The notes below the pieces were generated by a model that ran no database searches, was not told the origin of the DNA, and worked only from the letters and a program-made list of their open reading frames with translations. The translations under genes and the position numbers were made by a program. Source: a virus (lineage: Duplodnaviria > Caudoviricetes). From it: DNA of 64,000 nucleotides. The stretch is taken from positions 61,650-125,649 of IMG/VR virus record IMGVR_UViG_3300024346_000014; one strand, given 5' to 3'. Positions 62,641-64,000 of this stretch are shown here, one piece after another (the first letter of the stretch is position 1; the number at the start of each line of letters is the position of its first letter).

Positions 62641-64000
62641 ATGCCAATCAAAACAACTAGAAAATACATAAATCTATCAGTAGATAGATTAACTATTGGA
62701 AATGGAGCATTTACTCTACCTATAACCGACGGAAGTTTAGGTCAAATTTTAGCAACTGATGGAGCAGGGAACGTAACATGGGAAAATGCGTCCGGTGCTT
62801 CTCAAAGTTTAGAAGACACTTTAATTATAGGAAACACAACAGGTACTCGAAATATTGATATTTCAACAGGAACAGAAATATTATTCAATGGAGGCCCTGT
62901 TAAAATTCATGAAGATATAAGCTCTGTTTTAGAAAAATTATACTTAGAGGCTCCGGAAGCAATTGAGATGCTCTCTAGATCAATGCTTCTAGAGGATACT
63001 TCAATTGGAGGTCATCGTATAATGTTTGGAGTAGAACAAGGTACTCATACTCCTTTCATACAAAGTCGCAATGGAGCAACAGGTTTTTCAGGAACTATAG
63101 ATTTAGCACAAGGAGCATTTCCGTATTATTTAACTGCTAATAGAACATGGCGCATGCCTGATGAAAACGGAACAGTAATGGTTGGAGAAGCATTTAATAC
63201 ATTAGTTGCAAATCCTACTTCTTCGGAGGACGGGTACTCTTTAGTCTGGAATAATTCAGCAAGCGAATTTACTCTAGCAGCAACGTCTATTGGAGCACAA
63301 GGCGCAACTGGTATTCAGGGAATAATGGGAAGTCAAGGCGCAACTGGTATTCAGGGAATAATGGGAAGTCAAGGTACAACTGGTACTAATGGAGCTCAAG
63401 GTACTACAGGTGCTAATGGTTCTCAAGGTACAACTGGTACTAATGGAGCTCAAGGTACAACTGGTACTAATGGAGCTCAAGGTACTACAGGTGCTAATGG
63501 AGCTCAAGGTACAACTGGTACTAATGGAGCTCAAGGTACAACTGGTACTAACGGAAGTCAAGGTACTCAAGGTACTAACGGAAGTCAAGGTACTCAAGGT
63601 ACTAACGGAAGTCAAGGTACTTCAGGTACTAATGGTACAAATGGAGCTCAAGGTACTTCAGGTACTAATGGAAGTCAGGGAATAGCAGGTACTCAAGGTA
63701 CTAACGGAAGTCAAGGTACTACAGGTACTAATGGAGCTCAAGGTACTCAAGGTGCTAATGGTACTCAAGGTACTCAAGGTACTAACGGAAGTCAAGGTAC
63801 TACAGGTGCTAATGGAGCTCAAGGTACTCAAGGTGCTAATGGTACTCAAGGTACTACAGGTACTAATGGTACAAATGGAGCTCAAGGTACTCAAGGTACT
63901 AACGGAAGTCAAGGTACTACAGGTACTAATGGAGCTCAAGGTACTCAAGGTGCTAATGGTACTCAAGGTACTACAGGTACTAATGGAGCTCAAGGTACTC
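62641..64000 (+). CDS. fibre protein 2 with collagen-like repeat (runs off window; not in ORF track)
   Basis: ATG 62641, MPIKTTRKYINLSVDRLTIGNGAFTLPITDG..., paralog of 60133; open to window end. Confidence 0.88.
   Translation, partial: MPIKTTRKYINLSVDRLTIGNGAFTLPITDGSLGQILATDGAGNVTWENASGASQSLEDTLIIGNTTGTRNIDISTGTEILFNGGPVKIHEDISSVLEKLYLEAPEAIEMLSRSMLLEDTSIGGHRIMFGVEQGTHTPFIQSRNGATGFSGTIDLAQGAFPYYLTANRTWRMPDENGTVMVGEAFNTLVANPTSSEDGYSLVWNNSASEFTLAATSIGAQGATGIQGIMGSQGATGIQGIMGSQGTTGTNGAQGTTGANGSQGTTGTNGAQGTTGTNGAQGTTGANGAQGTTGTNGAQGTTGTNGSQGTQGTNGSQGTQGTNGSQGTSGTNGTNGAQGTSGTNGSQGIAGTQGTNGSQGTTGTNGAQGTQGANGTQGTQGTNGSQGTTGANGAQGTQGANGTQGTTGTNGTNGAQGTQGTNGSQGTTGTNGAQGTQGANGTQGTTGTNGAQGT
63292..64000 (+). 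repeat. Gly-X-Y collagen-coding 9-bp tandem repeats
   Basis: About 78 triplets (GAQ/GTT/GTN/GTQ/GSQ), no Pro seen. Confidence 0.92.

Noticed and set aside
63274-63993. Track ORFs 63274-63615 (-), 63389-63685 (+) and 63658-63993 (-)
   Set aside because: Off-frame or antisense shadows of the collagen repeat in the real ORF starting at 62641
63292-64000. Possible CRISPR or satellite array
   Set aside because: 9-bp-period Gly-X-Y coding repeat with no unique spacers
1-64000. Stop-codon reassignment as in some Bacteroidota jumbo phages
   Set aside because: Long genes are intact under code 11, and both TAG and TGA end genes at sensible boundaries

Overview
This is a 64 kb, AT-rich, gene-dense segment of a large T4-like (myovirus-type, probably jumbo) dsDNA phage that uses standard genetic code 11. 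The host is most likely Bacteroidota, based on a Bacteroidota-type bS21, DUF3127, DUF4494, a Lacal_2735-family protein, a PLPVEL/T9SS-cargo-like protein and A-rich leaders that mostly lack Shine-Dalgarno sites. Layout: (1) 1-6.6 kb is an early/host-takeover region of tiny minus-strand cassettes, with one promoter repeated 9 times, a TTACA(C/T)A-N12-TGTGTAA operator-like palindrome and terminators. It includes an HD alarmone-hydrolase-like protein, a 2H phosphoesterase, an M28-like peptidase and an unannotated ArfA-like peptide. (2) 6.6-7.3 kb is non-coding, GC-richer and repeat/palindrome-rich (candidate terminus/pac/ori). (3) 8.8-25 kb holds accessory genes: a PAS-PAS histidine kinase + receiver + membrane protein operon, a class III adenylyl cyclase, nucleotide-sugar enzymes and Bacteroidota-like surface proteins. 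(4) 17-36 kb holds many late genes whose proteins carry a T4-like capsid-targeting leader (Nudix, CHAP/lysozyme and others), plus annexin-like and pre-toxin-TG-like proteins and an unannotated rpsU. (5) A DNA alpha-glucosyltransferase lies at 36-37.4 kb. (6) 38-64 kb encodes virion and packaging functions: a scaffold-like protein with a likely -1 frameshift extension, baseplate hub, sigma factor, terminase, baseplate wedge and two paralogous fibres, the second collagen-like and truncated by the window. Three promoter classes are visible. All family assignments come from motif recognition by eye, not database searches.
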